A stretch of 64,000 bases of DNA from Candidatus Heimdallarchaeota archaeon (lineage in GTDB: Archaea > Asgardarchaeota > Heimdallarchaeia > Heimdallarchaeales > Kariarchaeaceae): NCBI GenBank assembly GCA_015523565.1, contig WAKA01000056.1, positions 1,861 to 65,860 of the forward strand. Reading direction: 5' to 3'. Every line of letters begins with the position of its first letter. Position 1 is the first letter of the stretch. Made by a program: the position numbers and the translations under genes. A model generated the notes under the pieces. That model was not told the DNA's origin. It worked only from the letters and a program-made list of their open reading frames with translations, and made no database searches. Below are positions 16,914 through 26,248 of this stretch, piece after piece.

Positions 16914-17675
16914 GTGACAGAATTAATAGCAACAAGAGAAGAAGGCATTTTGCTGTTGGAATTAGTTGACAACACATTTAAGCTTGAAACATTGAAATCA
17001 TTGGAAATGTGGTTGAATCAGTCAAAAAATGACCACAGGCTTTTTGCAATAATCCTTACGGCAAGGGGAAAACTATTTTCTGCTGGAGGGGATTTGCTTG
17101 AAATGAAAAAGGAACTGGATGCAGGAAGAAAATCAGGGTATGTTGAAGAAATAGTTCCACTTGTCAATAAAGTGATTAACCTTATGCTCACCCATCCGCT
17201 TCCAATTATTGTCGCACTGAATGGAAGTGTTGCAGGTGGCGCTATTGGACTATTTCTTGCAGCTGATCATAGAGTGGCAATTGAAAAGGCAAAAGTTGCC
17301 TTCGCATTTGGGGGAATTTCATTGACACCAGATTCTGCAACTTCCTTCCTTGTACCTATATATTTTGGATATAATTTTGCAACAAGCGCCTTTTCACTTG
17401 CCAAAACAGTCCCATTACGTGAATACCCCCATATTGTAGATAAATTCGTGGAAAATAAAGATCAGTTGATTGAAGAATCAAAAAAGCTTGCAAATCAATA
17501 CAAGAACATGGATCGTTGGGTATACCATAAAACAAAGCTTCTAGTGAAAAGACCAATAATAGATCAATTGGAGATTCAAACAAAACTGGAACTAGAAAAT
17601 ATAATTCAAGCTTGCCAAAGACAAAATTTCGAGATGAAATTAAATGAAACGATTAATAGATTGTCAAAATCATGA
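16914..17675 (+). CDS. Enoyl-CoA hydratase/isomerase (crotonase) family protein
   Basis: GKLFSAGGDLLEM and ALNGSVAGGAIGLFLAADHRVA match the crotonase oxyanion-hole segments. The start codon is GTG. Confidence 0.8.
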   Translation: MTELIATREEGILLLELVDNTFKLETLKSLEMWLNQSKNDHRLFAIILTARGKLFSAGGDLLEMKKELDAGRKSGYVEEIVPLVNKVINLMLTHPLPIIVALNGSVAGGAIGLFLAADHRVAIEKAKVAFAFGGISLTPDSATSFLVPIYFGYNFATSAFSLAKTVPLREYPHIVDKFVENKDQLIEESKKLANQYKNMDRWVYHKTKLLVKRPIIDQLEIQTKLELENIIQACQRQNFEMKLNETINRLSKS

Positions 17676-20108
17676 AGCAAGATTCATGTTTCCAAGATTA
17701 TTACTTATTGATCCGAATTTTGTTTGCATAAACGATATGGAATCACTCAAATCTGTAAGGGTTTGCGAAATTCCATTATCAATAATGTATTGATTTGGAT
17801 CAGCCATAATTGTTTTGATTTTTCCTAGACCTTGGGGACCTTGAATATCCCTGATATCGTCAATGATTGCATTCATTGATTTATTCACGTTTGAGAGTTG
17901 GGTCATTCCTCCTTTCACATATGCAAGAGTGAAATTATTTTTGGCATTAGTAATATAAATTATTGAATCATTAAGTGAACCATCTGCTGTAGTAATATTA
18001 CCATCAATATTTGGTGCTCTCGCAATAAGCTCAGTTGCTTTTGAAGCGTCATCGGGTTGAGAGTCGATTGTTTCAAAATCTGATTTAATATTGTCAACTG
18101 CGGCATTTACCTTCTTTAGTTCCTGGGCTGTTAAAATAACGTTCCTAAATGCATGTCCAAGGTATATGAAGTTTTGTGCATTTTGAGTGACATTGAATTT
18201 TTCAAGCATTGCAGTGAATTGTTTTGCGGGTTCAGTAAACAGACCATAATAGCCAGGGTTTTCCGCATTTGCGGACATATTCTCCAACAAACCATTTAAT
18301 TCAAATGCAGTCTGATTAAGTACAACAGCATCTGTAATTACATTGCCCAACGAGGTATATGATTGGTTATATTCTGCATCTGAAATCGTTGTGAAGTTCT
18401 TTGATGGATCCGTGAATATACTAAGTGACGTGTTTGTTTCATCTAGAATGGGAACTATTTGTTGACCGAAATCTCCCAATTTAATAGAGACATCGCTTGA
18501 ATCTCTTAGGAAGTTAATTGATGAGGAAATCTGTGACTTCACTTCAGTCATGGTTTGATCATTGAGTTCAACATTGTTAAATGCATCAAAAGCGGGATCA
18601 TTTAATGCAGTTCTGAAAACAGTGAGATTTGAAACGACATTTGCAAAAAATGTATCTGTCCCAGAAAAGTCAGTATTGTTACCAATTTTTCCAGCTACCT
18701 TGTTCAGTACTCTTGTCCCCAGCAAAAGATGAATAAGAGGTGCATGGGTGGAATTTTGACCGTTGATATCAATTGGATTTATGAGAACCTTGAACATATC
18801 CAATGTTGCATTAAACAATTTAGCACCATCTTGGATCTGTTTGATCTGATCTGCTGAACCACCACCCATAGCCTGACTTATTTCATCTGCTTTGAGTTGT
18901 GCCAGTTTGGAAACACCTGCCTTAATATCGTCCAAGGAATCACTAATGTTTTTCATGCCGATTTCAATGTATCTCAATCCCTCTTCAAACGTGTCATTGG
19001 ATTGCAAAAGAGCCAATGCACCAACTCCTCCAAGGGTACCAAATTCAGAAAAAGCTTTTTCAAACCCAATTTTTAGATTTCCAAAACCTACAACCAATGG
19101 AGCCAACCCATTTGAGATATCAACAATCGCATCAACAAGGGTAAATCCTTGGTCTACAATAACGAAATATTGTGGAGCCGCTAAATTTACAAGGCTTTTG
19201 ATTCCCAAGCCGTCTAAACTTCTCAAGACACTTCGTGCATCCTTATACCAAATTGTGGCATTTGAAAGGTAATCATCAACAAGTGAAAAGTTTCCTGTAT
19301 TGAAGTTATCTTGCATTTCTTGAACTCCTTGCAGCATATATGCAGACCCAATTGCCATGTCACTACCGAATTGGGTTAGACCAGACGTTACAGTCATTGC
19401 ATATGGAAGGACAACAACACCAATAAGTAGGAATATTATCGTAAAGACTATTGAAAAAATAATTAAAATGTTTGGTTTCTTAGAAAACATCCTGACTAGC
19501 AGGGTCAATCCAATGCCTGCAAACATCATTACAATTAAAGCCACAACGATATCGACAACAAATAGAAAAGGCAGGTACTGATTTGCCAAATCAATTGTGC
19601 TCTGACCAATGCTGTCCCGAATTTGTGGGTTTGTTTGTGCAACCTGAAGAATTGCAGTAAGGACATCTGACAAATACAAAAACTGACCAAATAAATCTGT
19701 GAAAATACTTGGAGCAACTCTTGGAGGTACAAAACTCACAACTGTTACAACAGGAATGCCAAGAAAAATCATTTTCAAGATGGATTTAGTGAAAAGTGCC
19801 AAAAAGAATATCACTAAAATACCCAAGAAATATGTGATTAATCGATGAACCAAATTTGATTGGGGATTTAAAGTAAAGGTAACCACTACTTCTAAAATGA
19901 GAGTCAAAACAATTGCAACTGCATATCCTTTCAGTAATGATCCCTTGATTTTTCCCTTTCCTCCCGATTGAGTTTCGAATTCTTGAAAGTCCATTTCGTC
20001 GGACATATTTTTAAATTGGTGAAACACATTAATAAACGTTTTAGAGGAAATCCCTTTGGGTTGTTTATTTATTACCTTAAAGCAATTTAAGTTGTTTTGT
20101 GATGGCAT
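17670..20108 (-). CDS. Polytopic membrane protein with a large sequon-rich extracellular C-terminal domain (hypothetical)
   Basis: It has about 6 N-terminal TM helices followed by a roughly 560-aa helical domain with about 19 N-x-S/T sequons. The track start at 20108 overlaps pth2 by 32 nt. The ATG at 20006 (MSDEMDF...) is a more likely start. Confidence 0.6.
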   Translation of the reverse strand: MPSQNNLNCFKVINKQPKGISSKTFINVFHQFKNMSDEMDFQEFETQSGGKGKIKGSLLKGYAVAIVLTLILEVVVTFTLNPQSNLVHRLITYFLGILVIFFLALFTKSILKMIFLGIPVVTVVSFVPPRVAPSIFTDLFGQFLYLSDVLTAILQVAQTNPQIRDSIGQSTIDLANQYLPFLFVVDIVVALIVMMFAGIGLTLLVRMFSKKPNILIIFSIVFTIIFLLIGVVVLPYAMTVTSGLTQFGSDMAIGSAYMLQGVQEMQDNFNTGNFSLVDDYLSNATIWYKDARSVLRSLDGLGIKSLVNLAAPQYFVIVDQGFTLVDAIVDISNGLAPLVVGFGNLKIGFEKAFSEFGTLGGVGALALLQSNDTFEEGLRYIEIGMKNISDSLDDIKAGVSKLAQLKADEISQAMGGGSADQIKQIQDGAKLFNATLDMFKVLINPIDINGQNSTHAPLIHLLLGTRVLNKVAGKIGNNTDFSGTDTFFANVVSNLTVFRTALNDPAFDAFNNVELNDQTMTEVKSQISSSINFLRDSSDVSIKLGDFGQQIVPILDETNTSLSIFTDPSKNFTTISDAEYNQSYTSLGNVITDAVVLNQTAFELNGLLENMSANAENPGYYGLFTEPAKQFTAMLEKFNVTQNAQNFIYLGHAFRNVILTAQELKKVNAAVDNIKSDFETIDSQPDDASKATELIARAPNIDGNITTADGSLNDSIIYITNAKNNFTLAYVKGGMTQLSNVNKSMNAIIDDIRDIQGPQGLGKIKTIMADPNQYIIDNGISQTLTDLSDSISFMQTKFGSISNNLGNMNLAS

Positions 20109-20463
20109 CTATTTGGTCTGATGGACCAGGTCCTATTGCTATTGCGGTGGTAGTGCCAGGTTCCAATTGTGTCAAGCCAGCATCATTGATGATCGCACAT
20201 GGAAGCCCCTTGGAAATTCCCATTTGAAAAAGGGCTCTAAGTTCCTCTTCTGAATTGACTTTACACACTATTTTTTTGCTTCCTTGTCGATCCCATCTTT
20301 GAAACCATTCTTTTCGATTGGTCAATGATTTAAGAGCCGCTTTGACAGATGCATGGGCACCCTGAGCAACCATTTTTCCCTTTCCCATCTTGAGATCAGT
20401 TCGTAATACAATGACTTGTTTTGCTTCAAAATTTGATGGGTCTCGTCTAAGTTTTATTCGCAT
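20077..20463 (-). CDS. pth2: Peptidyl-tRNA hydrolase, archaeal/eukaryotic Pth2 type
   Basis: KQVIVLRTDLKMGKGKMVAQGAHAS and AIINDAGLTQLEPGTTTAIAIGP are Pth2 signatures. Confidence 0.9.
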   Translation of the reverse strand: MRIKLRRDPSNFEAKQVIVLRTDLKMGKGKMVAQGAHASVKAALKSLTNRKEWFQRWDRQGSKKIVCKVNSEEELRALFQMGISKGLPCAIINDAGLTQLEPGTTTAIAIGPGPSDQIDAITKQLKLL

Positions 20464-20517
20464 TAAGAATCACTGATCTTTCTTGAATATAGTTTATTTT
20501 AGACTTATGGAAACATG

Positions 20518-20841
20518 TCATTCCAATAAATCCAGCAATATTCCGTCTTCAGGAGGCCAACGACGATCCTCAACTTCCGTTCGGCAAATGAGACAGCGAT
20601 AAATCACCCGTTCAGCTTGCTCCATTTCATCATATACGAAATCCTGAATCAATCCCCTATCACATAGGATATCATGCTTACATGAGGGACAATAATAGTA
20701 GAAACGAGGTTCAGAAGGCCTTCCAGGTTTCCAAAGGTATATTGAGCATTGTGAGCAAACTTTTCTTGAATCACACCTTAGATGGTGAGCTATGACAGTC
20801 ATTAGCAAAACATTCTTTTCAGATAAATTAAATCTTCCCAA
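20518..20841 (-). CDS. Cys-rich small protein (putative zinc finger)
   Basis: It contains CSQC, CPSC and CLIC pairs. The track start is TTG, and an internal ATG (MTVIAHH...) is an alternative. Confidence 0.4.
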   Translation of the reverse strand: MGRFNLSEKNVLLMTVIAHHLRCDSRKVCSQCSIYLWKPGRPSEPRFYYYCPSCKHDILCDRGLIQDFVYDEMEQAERVIYRCLICRTEVEDRRWPPEDGILLDLLE

Positions 20842-20875
20842 ATAATTTTAGAAATCTATAGGTATTATTAATAAT

Positions 20876-22126
20876 TTGGAAGAATTGTTAATGATAATGG
20901 ATGATGATTATGACATCATTGTAATCGGGGGTTCTGCAAATGGTGCGCAAGCCGCAAGAATTGCAGCAAAAAAAGGTGCACGGGTACTGATAATTGAAGA
21001 CCATCCAACCATTGGAATACCAGAACATTGCTCTGGATTATTCAGTTATTATGGTCTTGAAAGACTGGACTCAATGCCACCACCCAATATTGTGTTTAAT
21101 CCAGAGATATACGGGTCAAGATTAGTTGCACCAAATGGAAAGACAATAACAGTTCGAAAAAAAGAAAGACATGCACTTGTTTGTGATAGAGCTAAATTTG
21201 ACCAATTCCTTATTGACAAGGCAATTGAAGAAGGGGCTGAGTTGTTGAAGCCTTTCAGGGCATTTCAGGCAGAGAGATCAGAAAATAAAGTTTTTGTGAA
21301 AGCAAAAAGCAAAGATGGGGACACCATTAGTCTAAGTTCAAAAATCATAATTTCTGCTGAAGGAATAAGGGGAGAAATTGCAAAACAGTTGGGACTGTCA
21401 CCGCCAGAAAAAAAGGCATTAATCAATGCAGCGCAGTTTTTCATGAAAGATATTGAGGATATCGATCCACAATTGGTGGAGTTATTTCAAACACGAGAAT
21501 TTGCACCTGATTTTTTTGGCTGGATCATACCTATGTCAGACAGTTCTGCAAAGGTAGGATTAGGAACTTCACGACCAAGAGCCGCAAAGGAATTGGAAAA
21601 GTTATTGAACAATCATAAAGTGCTTAAGGATAGAGTGAAAAATTCGGATACATATTATAAAATTGCAGGAAGAATCCCAATAACGGGACCTGTGAAAAAG
21701 ACGTATGCGAACCAATTGCTATTGGTTGGAGACGTGGCAGGTCAAACAAAGCCAACGACTGGTGGAGGGGTCATATTAGGGGGGATTGCAGCACAAATTG
21801 CAGGGGAAGTTGCCGCAGAGGCAATCAAAAATGACAGAACTGACTCCAAATATTTGAGAAGATATGAAAAGCTTTGGAAAAAAGAGATAGGAAGAAACCT
21901 TTGGATACAAAGAAAAGTAAGGAATTACATTAACTTGCTAAGTGATAAGGAGATGAATATATTTTTTGAAAAATTGGAAAAGAAAGGAATAATTGCACAA
22001 ATTGAAAAATATGGGGATGTTGACAACCAAGCAAAACTGGCGTTTAAGCTTCTCAGAACTCTATCACTTTATCCATATTATTTAAAGACAAGTGTCAAGT
22101 TAATTAAGGCGTTAATGCAAAAATAA
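20876..22126 (+). CDS. Geranylgeranyl reductase family FAD-dependent oxidoreductase (archaeal lipid saturation)
   Basis: It has the FAD fingerprint YDIIVIGGSANGAQAARIAAKKGARVLIIE and the downstream LLVGDVAGQTKPTTGGG motif. The true start may be the ATG at 20891 or 20897. Confidence 0.85.
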   Translation: MEELLMIMDDDYDIIVIGGSANGAQAARIAAKKGARVLIIEDHPTIGIPEHCSGLFSYYGLERLDSMPPPNIVFNPEIYGSRLVAPNGKTITVRKKERHALVCDRAKFDQFLIDKAIEEGAELLKPFRAFQAERSENKVFVKAKSKDGDTISLSSKIIISAEGIRGEIAKQLGLSPPEKKALINAAQFFMKDIEDIDPQLVELFQTREFAPDFFGWIIPMSDSSAKVGLGTSRPRAAKELEKLLNNHKVLKDRVKNSDTYYKIAGRIPITGPVKKTYANQLLLVGDVAGQTKPTTGGGVILGGIAAQIAGEVAAEAIKNDRTDSKYLRRYEKLWKKEIGRNLWIQRKVRNYINLLSDKEMNIFFEKLEKKGIIAQIEKYGDVDNQAKLAFKLLRTLSLYPYYLKTSVKLIKALMQK

Positions 22127-22199
22127 GTCTTGAATATTCACTCTTTGAAAATTCGGATAAGAGACAGTTTATTTAATATTTTTTTCACATCATATCAGA

Positions 22200-23159
22200 T
22201 TGCAATCAGAAAACACCCCAATAATCCAGACATTTAACTTATCCAAGTTTATTCAGACAAAGCCGATTGTGTTTAGAATGAATCTGTCTATCCCTAAAGG
22301 ATCCATGTTTGGGTTACTTGGTCCAAATGGTGCAGGAAAGTCAACTGCATTGAAATTACTGACTGGAAGGATTAAACCGACAAGTGGACGTATTCAAGTG
22401 CTGGGACTCGATCCATGGAAACAAAGAAAGGAGGTGTTCAAAAGGGTAGGATATCTTCCACAGAATCCAACACAACCTCCTGAAAAAACAGTTTTGCAAT
22501 TTATGCACTTGATGGCAAGGTTGAAGGGGTATGACAAGAGGAAAGCATTGGAAATTGCAAGAGAGATACTTGCACAAGTAGGGTTGGGAAGACTTGAAAA
22601 CCTTAATGTTACAAAGCTCAGCGGTGGGCAGAAACAAAGGCTTGGTTTTGCAAATGCATTAATTGGTGAACCTGAGGTTTTGATTCTTGATGAACCCACC
22701 GCAAGTTTAGATCCAGAAGGAAGAATATACGTGATGGAACTGATTGCAAATTATGCTAAATCGGGAAACAGAACAGTTATCATTTCATCACACATCCTTC
22801 CAGAAATACAGAGAATGACAAATCATATAGCCATATTGGCAGATGGTCGTGTTTTAACGGCTGGACCAATGTGGAAGCTGACAAGCAAAGTGTATGACAA
22901 TGAATATGAGGTTCAATGCTCCCATCCTGAAGAGCTACTTTCATATTTGAAAAATGAGGGATTTGAATGTATTTTTGAGAATGGAATAATCTATGTGACA
23001 GATATAGATGATTTGTCTGAGTTTTGGAAAACAGTCCCATCCATATGTTCGCAAAATGGCTGGGAGTTGCAATCCTTAAAGCCAGCACATGACGCATTGG
23101 AACAGGTTTTCCTGAATTATGTCAAAAGAAATGAAATGGAGGTAGTGATCCAAAATTGA
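22200..23159 (+). CDS. ABC transporter ATP-binding protein
   Basis: It carries Walker A (GPNGAGKST), the signature motif (LSGGQKQR) and Walker B (LILDEPT). Confidence 0.9.
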   Translation: MQSENTPIIQTFNLSKFIQTKPIVFRMNLSIPKGSMFGLLGPNGAGKSTALKLLTGRIKPTSGRIQVLGLDPWKQRKEVFKRVGYLPQNPTQPPEKTVLQFMHLMARLKGYDKRKALEIAREILAQVGLGRLENLNVTKLSGGQKQRLGFANALIGEPEVLILDEPTASLDPEGRIYVMELIANYAKSGNRTVIISSHILPEIQRMTNHIAILADGRVLTAGPMWKLTSKVYDNEYEVQCSHPEELLSYLKNEGFECIFENGIIYVTDIDDLSEFWKTVPSICSQNGWELQSLKPAHDALEQVFLNYVKRNEMEVVIQN

Positions 23160-24001
23160 AACTCCAATTGCCAAACAAAAAAATAATTAAAGAATTAATT
23201 GAGAATCTGGAAGAGATTCATATAATCTCTTCAGATGTGTTTTCAACAAATATTCATGAACGAAAAATGTTGCTGGCAGTATTGTATTATGTAATCGTCC
23301 CGTTAATTAACTTGCTAATACTTTCCTTGGCACCCATTGTGCAGAAGGGAACAGGCATCGCCATTTTTCAGGCTCAATTTGCAACAACTGAGTTGGTCAA
23401 AAATTATTTTGTCAGTTTCTTTTTGGGGCAGATTTTGATTGCATTACTCACAGCAGATCAAATAGCAGGTGAGTTTGAAAGGGATACTTTCGCTTTGCTT
23501 AGAAGCAAACCAATACATGATTTCTCAATTGTCATTGGAAAATTCCTTGGAATGATCTATACATTGATTGTCATGATATTGCCTGTCTCCATTGTATATT
23601 ATTATTCATTGCTGGGTATTTATGGAGCGGAATGGCCTTGGACATATTTAAAAAGCCTAGATGAAATACTGGCAATTTCCTTGTTAATAGTCCTGATGCT
23701 AGGCTCTGTTGTGGGAATTTCTTTATTGGCATCATCTATTTTTTCAAAAAGCCTTCATGCAATTATAGCAACATTGTTGGGATTGTTTGGGATAAATCTC
23801 ATGGGAGATGCATTATTTGGGAAAAATAATTATTTAGCCCTTTCATGGTATGTTGATGCCATTTTTCCAGACATATTCTATAATCTGGAACCACTAAAAG
23901 ACATTCCCAACGCAATCTCACTTGTCCTTATTCTATTGACTGCAAATGTGTCTTTTCTTTTGGTCTCATCAATAATACTGATGAACCGGGAAGTATATTG
24001 A
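23156..24001 (+). CDS. ABC-2 type transporter permease
   Basis: It has six hydrophobic helices and a 4-nt overlap with the ATPase gene. Confidence 0.7.
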   Translation: MKLQLPNKKIIKELIENLEEIHIISSDVFSTNIHERKMLLAVLYYVIVPLINLLILSLAPIVQKGTGIAIFQAQFATTELVKNYFVSFFLGQILIALLTADQIAGEFERDTFALLRSKPIHDFSIVIGKFLGMIYTLIVMILPVSIVYYYSLLGIYGAEWPWTYLKSLDEILAISLLIVLMLGSVVGISLLASSIFSKSLHAIIATLLGLFGINLMGDALFGKNNYLALSWYVDAIFPDIFYNLEPLKDIPNAISLVLILLTANVSFLLVSSIILMNREVY

Positions 24002-24453
24002 GGTTGATGAAAGCATATTTCCTTGAAAAAGAGAAAATCCCCGACAACTTTCTGATTGAATTGCAGAAAGAAATATTGGAAAATGATGGCGAGAAAAAAA
24101 TTGGCGCACTGTTAAGTTTTGTAGGAGTTGTCCGTTCCACATCACATGATCCTAATAAAAAAGTGGTTGGAATGGAAGTTGAAACATGGGAGGAAATGGG
24201 GAATGAGAAATTAAATGAAATAGTTTTACAGGTATTTGAAAATTCAGGGATTCATGATGTAAGGCTTGTACATGTATATGGAACCCTAAATCTTGGAGAC
24301 CCGATTGTTTTCATTGTCATTGGAAGTGAACACAGAAATGAGGCATATCAGGCAATGGAAAAATTCATAGACGCGTACAAAAACAAGGCGCCTGTCTGGA
24401 AAAAGGAAATCTATGCAGATGGGTCTGAACAATGGATTAGGACAGCACATTAA
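23998..24453 (+). CDS. moaE: Molybdopterin synthase catalytic subunit MoaE
   Basis: GALLSFVGVVR and PVWKKEIYADGSEQW match MoaE. The ATG at 24007 is a likely alternative start. Confidence 0.85.
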   Translation: MRLMKAYFLEKEKIPDNFLIELQKEILENDGEKKIGALLSFVGVVRSTSHDPNKKVVGMEVETWEEMGNEKLNEIVLQVFENSGIHDVRLVHVYGTLNLGDPIVFIVIGSEHRNEAYQAMEKFIDAYKNKAPVWKKEIYADGSEQWIRTAH

Positions 24454-24977
24454 TTGTCTTTTTCAAGTTGTTGGATGACATGACCCAAGATTGAACAGGC
24501 AAGTCGAACACCTGTTTGGGTGGCATCTGGAGAACCAGGTAGGCCAATAACCAATGATTTGTTTAATGTGCCTGCTATTGCACGACTTAACATGCCATAG
24601 CTTCCAATCTTTTGGATTGACAACCGACGAAATTCCTCGCCAAAACCAAGAATCTCCTTATCTATTACACTTTTGATGGCTTCATATGTCACATCCCGTT
24701 TTGAAACACCAGTTCCTCCAATTAAAACAATGAGATGAGTCTTTTTGGACGCCTCCTGCTCAATCTTTGCTTTAAGACCAGACAGGTCATCTGGAAGATA
24801 ATCCAAATTACAACGTCCAATACCCATGTCTGTTAACGTCTCAACTGCAATGGTTCCACTTTGATCATTTTCCAATAACTCAGGATGAGAAAATAAAGAA
24901 TCACTGACAATGGTAACTGAAACATTCATTTCCTCTAGATTCTTCGCAGTATGATTTTTCCATGAAATAAAAATCAC
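24450..24977 (-). CDS. moaB: Molybdenum cofactor biosynthesis protein MoaB/Mog family
   Basis: The MoCF_biosynth motif LIVLIGGTGVSKRDVTYEA is present, followed by GLPGSP. Confidence 0.85.
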   Translation of the reverse strand: MIFISWKNHTAKNLEEMNVSVTIVSDSLFSHPELLENDQSGTIAVETLTDMGIGRCNLDYLPDDLSGLKAKIEQEASKKTHLIVLIGGTGVSKRDVTYEAIKSVIDKEILGFGEEFRRLSIQKIGSYGMLSRAIAGTLNKSLVIGLPGSPDATQTGVRLACSILGHVIQQLEKDN

Positions 24978-25432
24978 CCCTTAAATTCTTCTTTCTCTTT
25001 TTCCAGCACATAAATATTCTGAATTCTTGCAACAGGGTAATTGCCTGTCTCATCTTTCTCATATCGCTTAGACACATCAAAAATGGCAAGAAGAGCCGCC
25101 ATTACACCATTTATCGCCTCTATCTCTACACCAGTCCGATCCAATGCCTGAACTGTGACAAAAACCTGAACACGGTCATCAAACAGCTCAAAGTTAACTT
25201 TGACACTTGTAATTTGAATCGGATGACACATGAAGACAATCTCAGGAGTTTTTTTGACGGCATTAATTGCCGCAAGTTTCGCATTTTCCAGTACATCCCC
25301 TTTTGGATTGGTATTTTCCCTGATGTGCTGTAATGAAAGACGGGAAAGAATTACCTCACCTGTTGCAATCGCCTTTCTTCTGACAATCGGCTTTGACGCG
25401 ATGTCAATCATCCCTTGTTCTTGAACACTCAC
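24974..25432 (-). CDS. moaC: Cyclic pyranopterin monophosphate synthase MoaC
   Basis: KGDVLENAKLAAINAVKKTPEIVFMCHP and TGVEIEAINGVMAALLAIFD match conserved MoaC blocks. Confidence 0.9.
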   Translation of the reverse strand: MSVQEQGMIDIASKPIVRRKAIATGEVILSRLSLQHIRENTNPKGDVLENAKLAAINAVKKTPEIVFMCHPIQITSVKVNFELFDDRVQVFVTVQALDRTGVEIEAINGVMAALLAIFDVSKRYEKDETGNYPVARIQNIYVLEKEKEEFKG

Positions 25433-25575
25433 GGCTTTCCATTATTGACAGCCTTCAAAAGCACTGAGGTTTATCTAAGAACATTTTCCTTGTTTTGTCA
25501 AGAATAAGGACAAATAAGTCCAACAAATTAATTATGAGAAGAAGGTTACATAAACTGTCAAAAATTTTATGCATC

Positions 25576-25785
25576 ATGGGAAAACAAGAAGATGAAATAC
25601 TTGACGGAATTATGTCAATTCATATGGAAGGTTATGAGGTCATCGAAAAAAAAGTAAAACAGTCTGGAAATTCTGGAAGGGTTTACTTACCTGTTTCATG
25701 GGTTGGAACCGTTGTTAAGGTGGTCAGATTAACTCCATTAAAGAAAAGCGAAGATCAAAATACTGAAGAAAACACAAAAGAATAA
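25576..25785 (+). CDS. DUF2080-like small protein (AbrB/SpoVT-like; family often labelled 'putative transposon-encoded protein')
   Basis: YEVIEKKVKQSGNSGRVYLPVSWVGTVVKVVRL matches the family core (VKxxGNSGRVxLPKxWxGKKVKVV). I prefer the ATG at 25576 over the track's TTG at 25495. Confidence 0.55.
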   Translation: MGKQEDEILDGIMSIHMEGYEVIEKKVKQSGNSGRVYLPVSWVGTVVKVVRLTPLKKSEDQNTEENTKE

Positions 25786-25958
25786 TGAAATGGCATTTCC
25801 TTTTACTTATACTTGTCTCAGAAATCACTCCCATCATTGCAGAAGATAATAATGTGATTAAGGAAAGAATTTCTGAACATACCGTTTTATCATTTCCAGC
25901 ATTTGTCGTGATTATTTTGGTAATCTATGCAAGAAGAAGAAAGTATAAGAAAAAATGA
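25785..25958 (+). CDS. 57-aa predicted secreted/membrane mini-protein (hypothetical)
   Basis: The ORF runs from ATG at 25785 to TGA at 25956-25958 and overlaps the preceding stop (TAATG). It translates to MKWHFLLLILVSEITPIIAEDNNVIKERISEHTVLSFPAFVVIILVIYARRRKYKKK. That gives a hydrophobic N-terminus, one TM helix and a basic tail. It falls below the ORF-track cutoff. Confidence 0.3.
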   Translation: MKWHFLLLILVSEITPIIAEDNNVIKERISEHTVLSFPAFVVIILVIYARRRKYKKK

Positions 25959-26119
25959 TATATAAATATATTGATCCATAATTCAAGGAATAGTTGAACC
26001 AAATCAAGCACTATTTTGAAATTCGATCAAACAAGAGAAAAGTAAAAGCAAGAAATCCTTGTATCCAAAATTGAACTTTGTTTATTTTTTTTGCATTCAT
26101 ATCTTCGAATTAAACATTG

Positions 26120-26127
26120 TTTAAATA
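26120..26127 (+). promoter_or_regulatory. TATA-box-like element upstream of the giant gene pair
   Basis: TTTAAATA lies in the 290-nt AT-rich intergenic region, about 120 nt upstream of the ATG at 26249. This rests on sequence pattern only. Confidence 0.2.
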
Positions 26128-26248
26128 GTGAAAGAAACATTTCCAATCAAACGAAGAGTGCAAACCATCAAAATTATCGGGCAATAGATTTCATTCCCGG
26201 TATTTTTGATTGCACGAGAAATTGATATCAGAGGTGACATCTCACAAA

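Noticed and set aside
25495-25785. The DUF2080 'transposon-encoded' protein as evidence of a mobile element
   Set aside because: No transposase, integrase, terminal inverted repeats or target-site duplication are visible nearby, so I do not call a mobile element.
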